From NCBI GenBank assembly GCA_002633005.1, contig NMRA01000430.1:1-64000 (forward strand): a DNA stretch of 64,000 nucleotides. Direction: 5' to 3'. Below, in pieces: positions 39,301-51,500 of the stretch; position 1 is the stretch's first letter, and each line of letters opens with the position of its first letter. Under the pieces are notes generated by a model, which made no database searches, was not told where the DNA came from, and was given only the letters and a program-made list of their open reading frames with translations. The position numbers and the translations under genes are program-made. This stretch comes from Phoronis australis (taxonomy: Eukaryota; Animalia; Phoronida).

Positions 39301-42300
39301 CTTCTACTGAGCAACCAACTTCAAGTAAACTAAAAGACAAACGAGATTACGGTAACTAAAAGAAAATGCAGGCATGCTTTACCTGAATCTGTTGTGCAGT
39401 GGTGAACTTGTAAGTGTATCCTTGCATGATGGACCAATATGCTGGAGGTTGATGCAATAAGGCACAATGTATTCAGTAGTGATCTATTCCAACTGAGTCA
39501 TAGCTCTTAACCACATCAAAATACCTGATCAGTTAATGAAGCTAATTGTCACACAAAAATGGTAATTAATCATAACTGAGAGAACAACAGGAAGTAAATT
39601 TTGCCACCTATTCACAAGCTGAAGAAATTACGATCTAATTCTGAAAATGGTAGTCGCCGTTATGGACTAAAAACACATGAAACTAAAAAGATAAAACAGA
39701 CAATTATTAGCAGTATAAAGCATTATGAATAAATTGCACTCAACTTTGCATCATCTATTTGTCTGAATTAATCTTTTTATTCATATGCAATCTGACTGGT
39801 AAAGGTCAATTTATAACAAAAGTACTACTTACTCAGATAACTTTGTGCTGTCAATAACACCTTGCAAACTTTTTAAACACGACCCATCATTAATATGTAG
39901 AAATGAGACATCTTTATGCTTTCTTACAGACTTAATCCAACCCTAGAAAAGGAGAGCAAAACGAATGAATTAACTTTTAACAGTACATCTAATTTAAACA
40001 TTCAACAAATACTATCGTTTTCTTAATCACAAAATAGTTTCTATTATGTAAGATATAATGCTCACCACTATTATGCAAAATGTTGTCTATAAACTAAAGA
40101 CAGCTCTCATCTGGAATATTCACTAAATAGATGTAATGGTTGGAGCTAATGGCTTTTGATGTTGTGACATACTGCCTTGTTGTGGTATACTATCTGATTG
40201 TGACTTACTGCCTAGTTGTGGCAAACTGCCTTGTTGTGGCATACTGCCTGATTGTGGCATACTGCCTGGTTGTGACATACTGCCTGGTTGTGGCATACTG
40301 CCTGGTTGTGGCAAACTGTCTAGTTGTGGGATACTGCCTGGTTGTGGCATACTGCCTGGCTGTGACATACTGCCTAGCTGTGGGATACTGTCCAGTTGTC
40401 AGTGTAGCATACTGCCTGGTTGTGGCATACTGCCTAGTTGTGGCATACTGCCTGGTTTTGACATACTGCCTGGTTGTGGCATACTGCCTAGTTGTGGCAT
40501 ACTGCCTGGTTGTGACATACTGCCTGGTTGTGGCATACTGTCTAGTTGTGGCATACTGCCTGGTTGTGACATACTGCCTGGTTGTGACATACTGCCTGGT
40601 TGTGACATACTGTCTAGTTGTGACATACTGCCTTGTTGTGACATAGTGTCTGGTTGTATCATACTGCCCAGTTGTGACATACACCCTAGTTGAGTCTGTT
40701 TGGTTGAACTGCATGACTAGATTGCTAATAAAATGTCAATGTTTTGTCACATCAAAATAATTGTTCCTGGCTTAAGCAGTTAAGATATGCACTTGGCATT
40801 GATAATGGAAGGGTTTATTCATTCTTTAGCTTTGTTCTATGCACCCACATATATGTTTATTTATTTACTTATTATTGTGATATTTAAAATGAGGTTGACC
40901 TCTTCAGTGATAGTACTGCTTTCCAAGAGGAATTGTACATTGCTGTCATGTTTGTCTAGGTGTCTGGCGACAATTGGTCCTATGGCATGACAAAATAACA
41001 ATGGTATTTAGTAATATTATGATTGTATCAGTTACTGATTCATATCTGTGGCAATAGCCAAGCAGGTGGCGTTGAATTCTACAGTCGTCTTATTCCAATA
41101 AAGATTTTCATTCATTTATTGCTGCGTCTTTCCACAAAACGCTGCTATTATCATTGATGTTTAAGTCAGTGTGAGGCATAATTCGCCGAAAAGCTTCTGG
41201 CGTATGAAGTACCTACAGGAGCTCCCTCGTCTAAGCTGACTGCACCAGCATAGACGATGGTCATTGTCTAGCTCCTAAACTACAGGAGCTATACCATTTT
41301 TACTCTAGTCAGCTAGAGACCGTGGTCACTGTCTTAAATTCATACACCCACTATTAAGACAGAGCTCGGAGTAGAAGACACCTTTGTGCAATGCTCGATT
41401 GTCTGCCAGTAAAGCCTGTCGTGCCTTCCGTATCACTAGGACCTATGCTTGGACCTAGCTAAAATCTAGCCAAAGCCACATGTTCTCATTTAAATTACAC
41501 GGCAATATCTCATGTAATCTCGCAAACTCTTGCTTTTCAGCAAAGTCCTGGCGTTACTGAACACGAGCCAGGTTCAAGCCCAGGTCTCCCAAACCGGAGT
41601 CCGGAGCTCAATCACTGGCACTGAGCCAAACTGTCTCTCTGCTGTGCGTGAACTTGGAATCCTGGTTAATCTCAAGATTAAGCGGAAGTGAGTGTTGCGT
41701 GAACTTGGAATAGAGTATTTTTTAGGCAAAAAGGTGATGTTTTTGTTCGGTGAAAAGAATTTTTGTAATTATTGGCCTCGCGGTCAACCACTTTCTCCTT
41801 TACCGTAACTTGTGTGGCGAAACCGGAGGAATATGTTAATGGCTAAATCAATTATTGTTTGGTGAAACTGATCGCCTGTTGTTGAAAAGGTTGGTTAAAA
41901 TTGACATTATTTTATTCAAATATAACTTGATTTAGTGCTGTGCAAATTTTTATGAACATGAATGTGATTATTTAAGTGAACTTGTCAAGTTGCCTCCTGT
42001 ATTCCAAGTTCACACAACACTCACTTACGCTTAATCTTGAGATTAAGCAGGATTCCAAGTTCACTTAGGCTACAGAATCAGACAGAATCTCCTCACGAAC
42101 ATGCAAACCTGAACACAGCACGGCTGCTTTTCCTCATCGCACAGGTCTAAGTTCAGTATTGTTGAAATATTGTCTAGTTTACGCTCTGCGGCTACAGTGC
42201 CATAAAGTCTATGAAGTAACTGGAAGGGCAATTGGTGCTTCAATATCCTGAAATAAGTTGCAGAAAGTTTTCTGTGAAGTCCACTGATGGGCGCAGACAT
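30324..42300 (-). CDS. NARS2: Mitochondrial asparaginyl-tRNA synthetase, ~506 aa
   Basis: Exons 42109-42300 (basic presequence-like N-terminus), 39833-39942 ([14 protein letters not shown]), 39209-39329, 38309-38449 (HLRPRTN), 37670-37750 ([17 protein letters not shown]), 37030-37166 ([10 protein letters not shown]), 35628-35760 (motif 2; copy 34013-34145), 35049-35147 (copy 33549-33647), 32675-32712, 32230-32296, 31764-31895 (LKPFY), 31174-31298 ([22 protein letters not shown]), 30324-30468 ([29 protein letters not shown]). Confidence 0.96.
33205..35035. repeat. 20-bp satellite (60-bp higher-order unit) at 33205-33530 and 34760-35035, on either side of N gap 34384-34759
   Basis: CAATCCTACACAATACTGTC-CAATGCCACACAATATTGCC-CATTGCTACACAATACTGCC repeated near-perfectly after the gap. 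Confidence 0.9.
33450..35998. other. Duplication of NARS2 exons 7-8 across an N gap; probable uncollapsed haplotypes
   Basis: ~33450-34383 repeats at ~34960-35998; 133+99 nt is not a multiple of 3. Confidence 0.8.
35463..35600. repeat. 22-bp VNTR
   Basis: (GTGTGTGTAAACATCAGSAGTTT-like)n, ~6 copies here versus 1 copy at 33963-33985. Confidence 0.9.
36369..36623. repeat. Foldback inverted repeat, ~120-bp arms, ~14-nt spacer
   Basis: 36369-36489 is the imperfect reverse complement of 36504-36623 (AACATTGGTAAAGCAACTGACCAAGAGA / TCTCTTGGTCAGTTGCTTCACCAATGTT). Confidence 0.85.
40084..41153 (+). repeat. Inverted duplicate of MFSD8 intron end and exon start (62005-62730), including an 18-bp minisatellite
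   Basis: Flanks GCTCTCATCTGGAATATTCACTAAATAGATGTAATGGTTGGAGCTAA and CCAATAAAGATTTTCATTCATTTATTGCTGCGTCTTTCCA match the reverse complement of 62027-62712. Confidence 0.85.
40160..40680. repeat. 18-bp minisatellite
   Basis: (GTTGTGRCATACTGCCTG)n; source of the spurious TTRQY/VAYCLV ORFs. Confidence 0.95.
41300..41635 (-). mobile_element. Probable tRNA-derived SINE
   Basis: Minus strand TGGCTCAGTG (A-box-like) ... GGGCTTGAACC (B-box-like), followed by a body; ends approximate. Confidence 0.4.
41648..42064. mobile_element. MITE with ~65-bp TIRs in NARS2 intron 1
   Basis: GTGAACTTGGAATCCTGGTTAATCTCAAGATTAAGCGGAAGTGAGTGTTG..GTGAACTTGGAAT mirrored at 42001-42064. Confidence 0.75.
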
Positions 42301-42523
42301 TTTTAATGAACCACAATTCTTTTTATTTATTAATCATATTTTGTTGTATTAATCATTTTTGTTGTCCTTTTTAATATCTGAAAACAAATTAATTATTGTT
42401 TATTTCTCACTAAAACTTTTAAAATGGAATTTTATAAATTTCAAAAAATAAAGGCTAGTAGCGCTACCTTTAGTCAATGTCAAAATCATGTGACTTGTTG
42501 CGTTCGTCCGGGATAAATCAGAA
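42301..42523. promoter_or_regulatory. Bidirectional promoter region between NARS2 and LAMTOR1, with CLEAR/M-box-like site
   Basis: Divergent ATGs 223 bp apart; TCATGTGAC at 42486-42494, ~30 bp upstream of the LAMTOR1 ATG. Confidence 0.65.
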
Positions 42524-45500
42524 ATGGGTTGTTGTTTCAGCAGCGACGATGACAAAGATTACCAGGTATTAACCGATATAAAGAACCATTTACTAAACTA
42601 ATAATAGAATATAGACCAGTCCCTGATACCTACGTAAACGGGATAACGTGTATTATGTAGAAATCGCGGGTCATTGACATTGAGCTTCCGAGTTCGGATC
42701 ACTCATCAATACGTGATGTGAATCCCCATGGCCATGGTCACTTATTTGTTAAAAGCCGGTACATTGAGTCGGGTCCTGTTGTAGTAGTAACTGAGATTAC
42801 CCAACCCGGGAATCAAACCAGCGACCCCCATAAAGCCAGTGAGCGTGCTAGGTGAACACAAAGTTGTCTCTCATGCACGTCCTCGATGCCTGTAACTTTT
42901 ACCATCACCTGATAAGGCATAACCATGCGCGCCGTCCGAGGTCGCCGGGTAGTAGACGACAGTGCTTCATTGGTAGATCATCCGACTAAGCCATTTGTAG
43001 TAATANAACCGATATAAAGAACCATTTACTAAACTAATAATAGAACATAGACCAGTCCCTGATACCTACGTAAACGGGATAACGTGTACTGTGTAGAAAT
43101 CGCGGGTCATTGACTTTGAGCTTCCGAGTTCGAATCACTCATCAATGCGTGATGTGAATCCCCATGCCATGGCCATGGTCATTTATTTGTTAAAAGCCGT
43201 TATATTGAGTCGGGTCCTGTTGTAGTAATAACTGAGATTACCCAAACCAGCGACCCCCATAAAACCAGTGAGCGTGCTACGTGAACACAAAGTTGTCTCT
43301 TATGCACGTCCTCGACGCCTGTAACTTTTTCCATCACCTGTTAAGGCATAACCATGCACGCCGGCCGAGGTCCGCGGGTAGTAGACGACAGTGCTTCATC
43401 GGTAGATCATCCGACTAAGCCATTTGTAGTAATAGCTGACATTACCTGACTCAGGAATTGAACCAGCGACCCCCCCTCCCATAAAACCGGTGAGCGTGCT
43501 AATGACCATTCAGCTAATAGGCAGTTGTCCATCAGTGAGTGGCCAACAGAGGCTCATATGATTCACCGGAAGCACATCTACAACATTGTTATTTACTGGT
43601 TCACGCACAACTATTTTTAGCCATCTGCACATCATTCAGAAGGTCTTTGTCCTAATCTACCACCCGGGGGTGGGGAGGGCGCAGAAGTGAAAAAAGTGAG
43701 GGTATTACGACGTTTTTCTTTTGATCCCAACTTGTTCAATTCTATTGTAGCCCAACAACAAGTTGGGAAGATGACCACTGTAGCCAATATCTTACAGGAC
43801 TGATTAAATCCATTCTGGCATTTATGGTTGGAGGGCCAGCTCTCTTTTCTTCGATAGCTGCTCTAATCTCTAATAAGATTGTATCTAGCCTGACTGGGCT
43901 GCGCTGTTAAAAACAAAAGTTTAGTTATAACATATTTTAACATAAACCAATAGCATTTCTGAATTCCTTGTCAAATGGTGATCATATTTAGTTTTTGAAT
44001 TGCCAAAATCACCCAACTACAACCTAAGTTACGACAATCTATTCTTTCCGAACATACCCATTCGCTCTGGGTTTGACTGTGGTCCGTAATAAGCCTGGTA
44101 GATAATTTGCCTGCCTGTTGTCATACCAGACAGAAGACTGCTTGGCAGTTTACAAACAAAGGAGCTAGAAGTTATCACAAGCTCACAACCCTCTACGTCT
44201 GGTAGAGTCACTGAACGGGAGAACGCCGTAATGGGCTATAGCCCCCAGCCCCGCCTGTGGGGATGTAGCACTGAAAAAGTGGGGGCTATAGCCCCCCAGG
44301 CCCCTATGGTGTGCCACTCATGCTTCCATCATCCATATCACTCACCGACAACTTATAACCAAGCTCCGCTATTACGGCATTGAGGGAAATCTTCCATCCT
44401 GGATCTCAACTTTTTTAAAGAAATGTAAATAACAAGTAATGGTGGATAGAAAACTTTCAAGGTTCATTCCAGTTTTATCCGGTGTCCCCCAGGGCAACGT
44501 TTTCAGACCTCTCCTATTTTTACTAGTAAGTAATGATGTTTGCAAGGACATTCACCCGATACCGGATTCTGCCAATTTGCAACAAAATACTTCAGCAAGA
44601 TATAGACTCACTCATCAACTCGACCAATGTATGGCAGATGTCTTTCAACGCATCTAAGTGTCATGTTCTACATACAACTTAAAAATGCAAGTATGACAAG
44701 CAAGCATGTAATATTCAAGGAACTCTACTGGAATCTGTCTCTCAACAACATCTTGGTGGAAACCTATCAAATGAACTCGAATGGAAATATACTCGTGGTG
44801 TAACATCCCAAGCAACTAGGAATCTTGTCTGCTCACGCAGGAACTTGAAACTGGCACCGAAACCAGTCAGAGAAACAACGTATAAGACAATAGTTTGACC
44901 CTGTCTATGCTTCTGCGTCTTGGGACCCTCACACTCATCAAGACATCAGTAGTCTTGAAAACATCACGCGATGAGTGGCACATATCATTTGCCAAGACTT
45001 TTCTAGTACGAGCAGTGTCACCCAATTGATTCATTCCGTAGTCTAGGAGCCCTTGGCCAACAGATACTCATTACCTTCTATAGAGAATTCAACATGCCAG
45101 CATTGTAATTTCATCATAAGACATTAAGACTATTAATAGGACAACTCACAAGAACAACCAAAATTGCATTCAGCACATCCCTGTCAGAACAGACGTTTAC
45201 AAGTATTTCTTTTTTCCTTGGACAATAGGAGGCTGGTCACTTCCTCCCACTCTATGACCAACACTTCAACAACTAATTCATTTAGATCTCAAGCTCTAGC
45301 CTTTGTGCATGCTGGAAACCACTACTGAGCTCTTCCTCCATTGCCGTGATGGTATCAGCCCTTGCCGATTAAAAGATAAGACAAGTTACTAAGCCTTGTG
45401 GACGTTGTGGCGAAACCCGTAAAGCGGCAATGCTGCACTAGTCAAGACTAGAAGTTTCAAGATTGGCACCCAAAGGCAATATTTGTATACTTAACTAGCT

Positions 45501-48500
45501 ATCTAATTGCGTTTGTGTGTTCCGTTAAACTGTTGTCATTGACCCTTGCAGTCATCTTGCATGTTCATTGCAGGCATGTATTTATGATCATTAATACTGA
45601 CAGCATGTCATCTTGCATGTTCATTGCTGGCATGTATTTCTGATCATTAACACTGACAGAGCATGTCATCTTGAATGTTCATTGCAGGCATGTATTCATG
45701 ATCATAAACCATGACAGAGTGCATCATCTTGCATGTACACTGCAAGCATGTATTCATGATCATAAACCGTGGTGGAGTATGTCATCTTGTATGTTCATGG
45801 CAGGCATGTATTTATGATCATTAACACTGACAGAGCATGTCATCTTGCATGTTCATTGCAGGCATGTATTCATGATCATAAACAGTGGCAGAGCGCGTCG
45901 TCTTTCATGTTCATTGCAAGCATGTATTCATGATCATAAACAGCAACAAGGCATGTCATCTTGCATGTTCACTGCAGGCATGAAATCATGATCATAACAG
46001 TGGTAGAGCATGTCATTGAGTTAAGGGAATGCTCTTGGTGCCTATATGTCATACATTGCAGCAGCTTTCAATTCAGAAAGTGACCAAAAGCTGGCTAGGA
46101 CCGCAGTGGCAGTATTCTGCACCTACTGTCTTCATACAGTGTTGAGCAAAAGGTTGCTGAATGACATGAAGTGCTGAATGCAGATGCTTTCTTGTCTTTT
46201 CAGGAATCGAGCGCTACTGAAAGATCACGTCTTCTTGGAGACCCTGTCAGCAACTCGCCCAGTCGGCCAATCACGTAAGACAAATGCTTTAATGGAATGG
46301 TTTGCTGCTGCTGTCTCAAGCATTTGTTCCTGAAAATACATTTTTAACAAAATATTATTAAGTATTATCTGAATGACAAATATATTCTATATCTTTAATT
46401 ATGTATGATTTAACATTACACAAAAACCTACTTAACAAAATGTTGGGCATTGGTTGCCATAATTGTAATGTTTGTGTATTTATTGTGTACTTATTGTGTA
46501 CAACTGATGTGTTTGTACTTCAACAGGGATGGTTACAACTCTGGCAACACACAACAAGCACAGAAAGGAGATGAACAATCAGCATTAAACAGAATTCTCC
46601 ACGAAACTGCCAGGTGCTTTTTACTAGAATTCAATGAACTATTCTTTTATGTATAGTAGTTGTCAGGCTCTTCAATGAGATAATACGGTCACTGCCTTGT
46701 GGGACACATTTCCACAAGAATTTAAGCTAACTGCTTGCATTTTCTACAAAAATGAAATTGTGTAAATATCTTTGTAACGTGTTTGTTAACTTGCATATTT
46801 TTAAATGCAATGTTCTCACATTGAATGAAATTATATATCTATATTTTATTGCTGTTTATAACGTTTAATTGACATATTTTGTTTTTCTGATTACTTAAAG
46901 ATGGAGGCAAGATTTTCTGGTTATCCTAGATAAATTTTAAAGTTAATTAAGATCCTTGGTACCAACTAATTATACGTGCATCATCGCAGAAATGATGTTC
47001 GCAACCCAAGTCATTCTCCACCAGCTTTGTATTTGACATGGGTTGTGTCATTGTGTATGTCAGCTTGTAAGAAGCCAGTCCAGTATTTGCCTTTCTCCAA
47101 GTCTTATTCATTATTCCTGGAAGTTGTTGCTTATGGAGATGCAAGCATCATGAGGTCACGATGAGTGCAAGAGTTCNAACTTCCGGTTCGTTAACCCTTG
47201 CCCTTGCCAAGATCCTTTCTAGAATCTTCCACGAGATGGCTCTGTCGTACAACTGCTTCTGTACACTGTAGCAAGTCTTTATGCTTCAACTACTTTAGCG
47301 CATCTGATTATCTTGCTGATTTCAGCCCATAATATAACATTCTACTTATTTAGTGATTGGCTAATAAAAACCACATGATCATATTCACTCGTATTATTGG
47401 CTGTTACAATTTGTTCTCAGAATATTCTAGAATCTCTAGAGTACTTTGACCCCAGAACCCAAAGTTGTAAACACCATCTAAAAATAGATTTTGACGTTAA
47501 AATACATGTCAACAAGTCTGACCCCATGATTTAAAAGTACATATGCACAAATTTTGGGCAACTTAAAATGGATCTATTCTTACTAATTACTTAATCAATA
47601 TTTATTCTGACAGTATTCATGGTCATAAACAGTGGAAGAGCATGTCATTGTTCACTTCATGCATGTATTCATGATCATAATCCCCCATGGAGTATGCCAT
47701 CTTGCATGTTCATTGCAGGCATGTATTCATGGTCAAAATACTGACAGCATGTCATCTTGCATGTTCATTTCAGGCATGTATTTATGATCATTAACACTGA
47801 CAGAGCATGTCATCTTTCGTGTTCATTGCAGGCATGTATTCATGATCATAAACCGTGACAGAGTGTATCATCTTGCATGTTCACTGCAAGCATGTAGTCA
47901 TGATCATAAGCGGTGGTGGAGTATGTCATCTTGCATGTTCATTGCAGGCATGTATTTATGATCATTAACACTGACAGAGCGTGTCATCTTGCATGTTCAT
48001 TGCAGGCATGTATTCATGATCATAAACAGTAAACAGTGGCAGAGCGCGTCGTCTTTCATGTTCATTGCAAGGATGTATTCATGATCATAAACAGCAACAA
48101 GGCATGTCATCTTGCATGTTCACTGCAGGCATGAATTCATGATCATAAACAGCAATAGGGTATGTCATCTTGAATATTCATTGCAGGGATGAATTCATGA
48201 TCATAACAGTGGTAGAGCATGTCATTGAGTTAGGGAATGCTCTTGTTGCCTATGTCATACATTGCAGCAGCTTTCAATTCAGAAAGTGGCCAAAAGCTGG
48301 CTAGGACAGCAGTGGCAGTATTCTGCACCCATTGTCTTCATACAGTGTTGAGCAAAAGGTTGCTGAATGACATGAAGTGCTGAATGCAGACGCTTTCTTG
48401 TCTTTTCAGGAATCGAGTGCTACTGAAAGATCACGTCTTCTTGGAGACCCTGTCAGCAACTCGCCCAGTCGGCCAATCACGTAAGACAAATGCTTTAATG

Positions 48501-51500
48501 GAATGGTTTGCTGCTGCTGTCACAAGCATTTGTTCCCGAAAATACATTTTTTACAAATTTAGTTTTAAATATTATTAAGTATTATCTGAATGGCAAATAT
48601 ATTCTATATCTTTAATTATGTATCATTTAACATTACACAAAAACCTACTTAACAAAATGTTGGGTATTGGTTGCCATAATTATAATGTTTGTGTATTAAT
48701 TGTGTGTTAATTGTGTACTTATTGTATACAATTTATGTGTTTGTACTTCAACAGAGATGGTTACAACTCTGGCAACACACAACAAGCACAGAAAGGAGAT
48801 GAACAATCAGCATTAAACAGAATTCTCCACGAAACTGCCAGGTGCTTTTTTATAGAATTCAATGAACTATGCTTTTATGATTGTATAGTAGTTGTCAGGC
48901 TCTTCAACGAGATTATACGCTCACTGCCTTGTGGGACATATTTCCACAAGAATTTGAGCTAACTGCTTGCATTTTCTACAAAAATGAAATTGTGTAAATA
49001 TCTTTGTAACATGTTTGTTAACTTGCATATTTTTAAATGCAATGTTCTCACATTGAATGAAATTATATCTATATTTTATTGCTGTTTATAACATTTAATT
49101 GACATATTTTATTTATCTGATTACTTAAAGAGGGAGGCAAGATTTTCTGGTTATCCTAGATAAATTTTAAAGTTAATTAAGATCCTTGGTACCAACTAAT
49201 TATACATGCATCATCGCAGAAATGATGTTCGCAACCCAAGTCATTCTCCACCAGCTTTGTATTTGACATCGGATGTGTCATTGTGTATGTCAGCTTGTAA
49301 GAAGCCAGTCCAGTATTTGCCTTTCTCCAAGTCTTATTCATTATTCCTGGAAGTTGTTGCTTATGGAGATGCAAGCATCATGAGGTCACGATGAGTGCAA
49401 GAGTTCTATTTCACACAAAACCTGGGGATGATAAGATCAGTTGGAGTGGGCTCATTGGCGTCAAGACTAGCATTGCCTGTTATGGCACAACTAAAGCGGT
49501 GCAAACTGTGGTGTGTGTGGCAAACATTTCTTAACATTAGATGGCGAAAGTGACATATATGCTGATATCAGGAAGGTACCTGCTAATCATTTTCTTAAGA
49601 AGAATGCTATATCTACTCAGGCCATTTCCCATCCAGATGTCCAGATGTGACAATGAATCGTTGGAGAAACTGTGGAATAATTTGGGCCACTTCCGGAGTA
49701 AAATATTCATAATTAACTAAACCTCGGGGGGTGGGAGGGGGTTAATTAAACTTTATCTATCTATAGTGGTGGTCAGATTGTAAGTTACAATGGTATAAGT
49801 TACTCCTGGAATAGGTTTGTTAGTAATGTGGACGCTGTTTATGCTAGGGTAATTTGTTCCACGATACCTTGCCCCAGCGCAAGTCACAGTGTGGCTGACG
49901 TAATTGCCAGCTACTCTTTTGCTCAGTTACATACGTATGTGTCTCTAATCCTTTTAGCACAATATTTGTCACTAAGTGTAGGGTGTGTAGTGTAGACGCT
50001 TAGCTGAGAGGGGGCAAATTACACTGGGGCAAGTTGTTCTAGGCTAACTCGTAGTGTGGACATGGTTTAGGACAACCAGGAAATAGTAATTTGATCAAAT
50101 CTGACTATAAATGGTTGGTATTTCCTTGAAGGTGACTTTCGTGTTCTACAGTCAGTCCAGTTCGACCCATGGTTATTACGGTTTAAACAAGATGCCGTTG
50201 TTGTTTCAGTAATGTCATTGATGTGGCAGCAATTGATACCAGGAGCATGGAGCAGCATGAGTATATGGACAGAGCCAGACAATACAGGTGATTATTTTAG
50301 CAACATTGTAACAAGTGATTTGATTGGCTGTTGTTAGCATTCTTGAATAGGAGAGGGTTACTATTTTATAGTTCATTATAAAATAATTTCTCACTATTAA
50401 GTGAAACTCAAATTTTATGTAAGATAAAACCAGTTCTAAACTGTTTGAAACCACATTAAAGGCAAATGCCACCCGATTTAATTAGTCTTTTTACTGTCTT
50501 AATCGGTTTATATACATACACATCGACTCTTATACGGTCGAGCTCACCTTGCCAAGAGGTGTCGCGTTGACCTGTGAGGAAGGTGAGAAACGACGCAGCG
50601 ACGTCAGTGGTTCATCTGCAGAGTGAATGCCGCTATATCGTGGTGCATCATTCTCACTTGTCCGAACTATGAAGTTGCCAAGAAAGCAGGTATATCATTT
50701 TTTCGACTTCCTCGAGAGCCCAAAATGCTTAGGAAATGGCTCTTGGTAGTGAAGAATGAAAGGTACGCTGTTAAGAGCAAGTATGAGGCAGTGAAACATC
50801 TCCGTGTCTGTTGCCGGAATTTCGTCGAAAGTGATTTCTCTGACGAATTCCGGCTTACCAAAGAACTATCCATATGTTCCATTGCCTGTGTATGTTCACG
50901 GCACCTCTCTAGTATTTCTTGATCTGTGTATTCCGGTTCGAATTGATAGCCTGTGAAACCTAACGATCCGATCCATGAAGTCGGGATTGGCGCCAGGCGA
51001 GTTGCCTTGTTGTGAACTGCTGAACAGACTGCGTGTGAAACCAATTACGTCATTGGATAATTTCAACACCTCCATCTGCCGAATGTGCCGTTATTGAGTA
51101 GAACTACTCGATTTAAATTGATACAAATTAGGTTGTTTTTTTGGGTGGCATGCTCCTTTAACCACATTGTTAACAAGATTTCTAGGCATTGTTTTTATCA
51201 CCACCATGAACCTTTGATTATGCGTTACGTCTTCAAGAGTTGGCCAATGCGACTTTTAGAACTTTAGTCACAATGCTGTGGTTATTCAATTGTCTTGAAT
51301 TTGGGCTGTTTTTGACGTCATTCTGGGAAAACTATGGCAGGTACTAGCCAAAACTCTTCCACTGGAAATACATTAAAAAACTCTAAGACATGGCATTGAA
51401 GTACCTGTAATATAATTCTTGTTGGAAATGGATGCACTGTTCACAAACTGAAAAAAAATCCATAATGATAACCTCCATTTAACAGTGAACCCCATTGGCT

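Noticed and set aside
39383-39524. Cryptic poison exon in NARS2 intron 2 (AG..CAG|GTAAAG)
   Set aside because: Weak acceptor, would leave only a 53-nt downstream intron, and no other evidence.
40123-40714. Long repetitive ORFs (TTRQY, VAYCLV, SMPQPG) on both strands, also at 62229-62726
   Set aside because: Products of an 18-bp minisatellite that is open in several frames; intronic, with no splice support.
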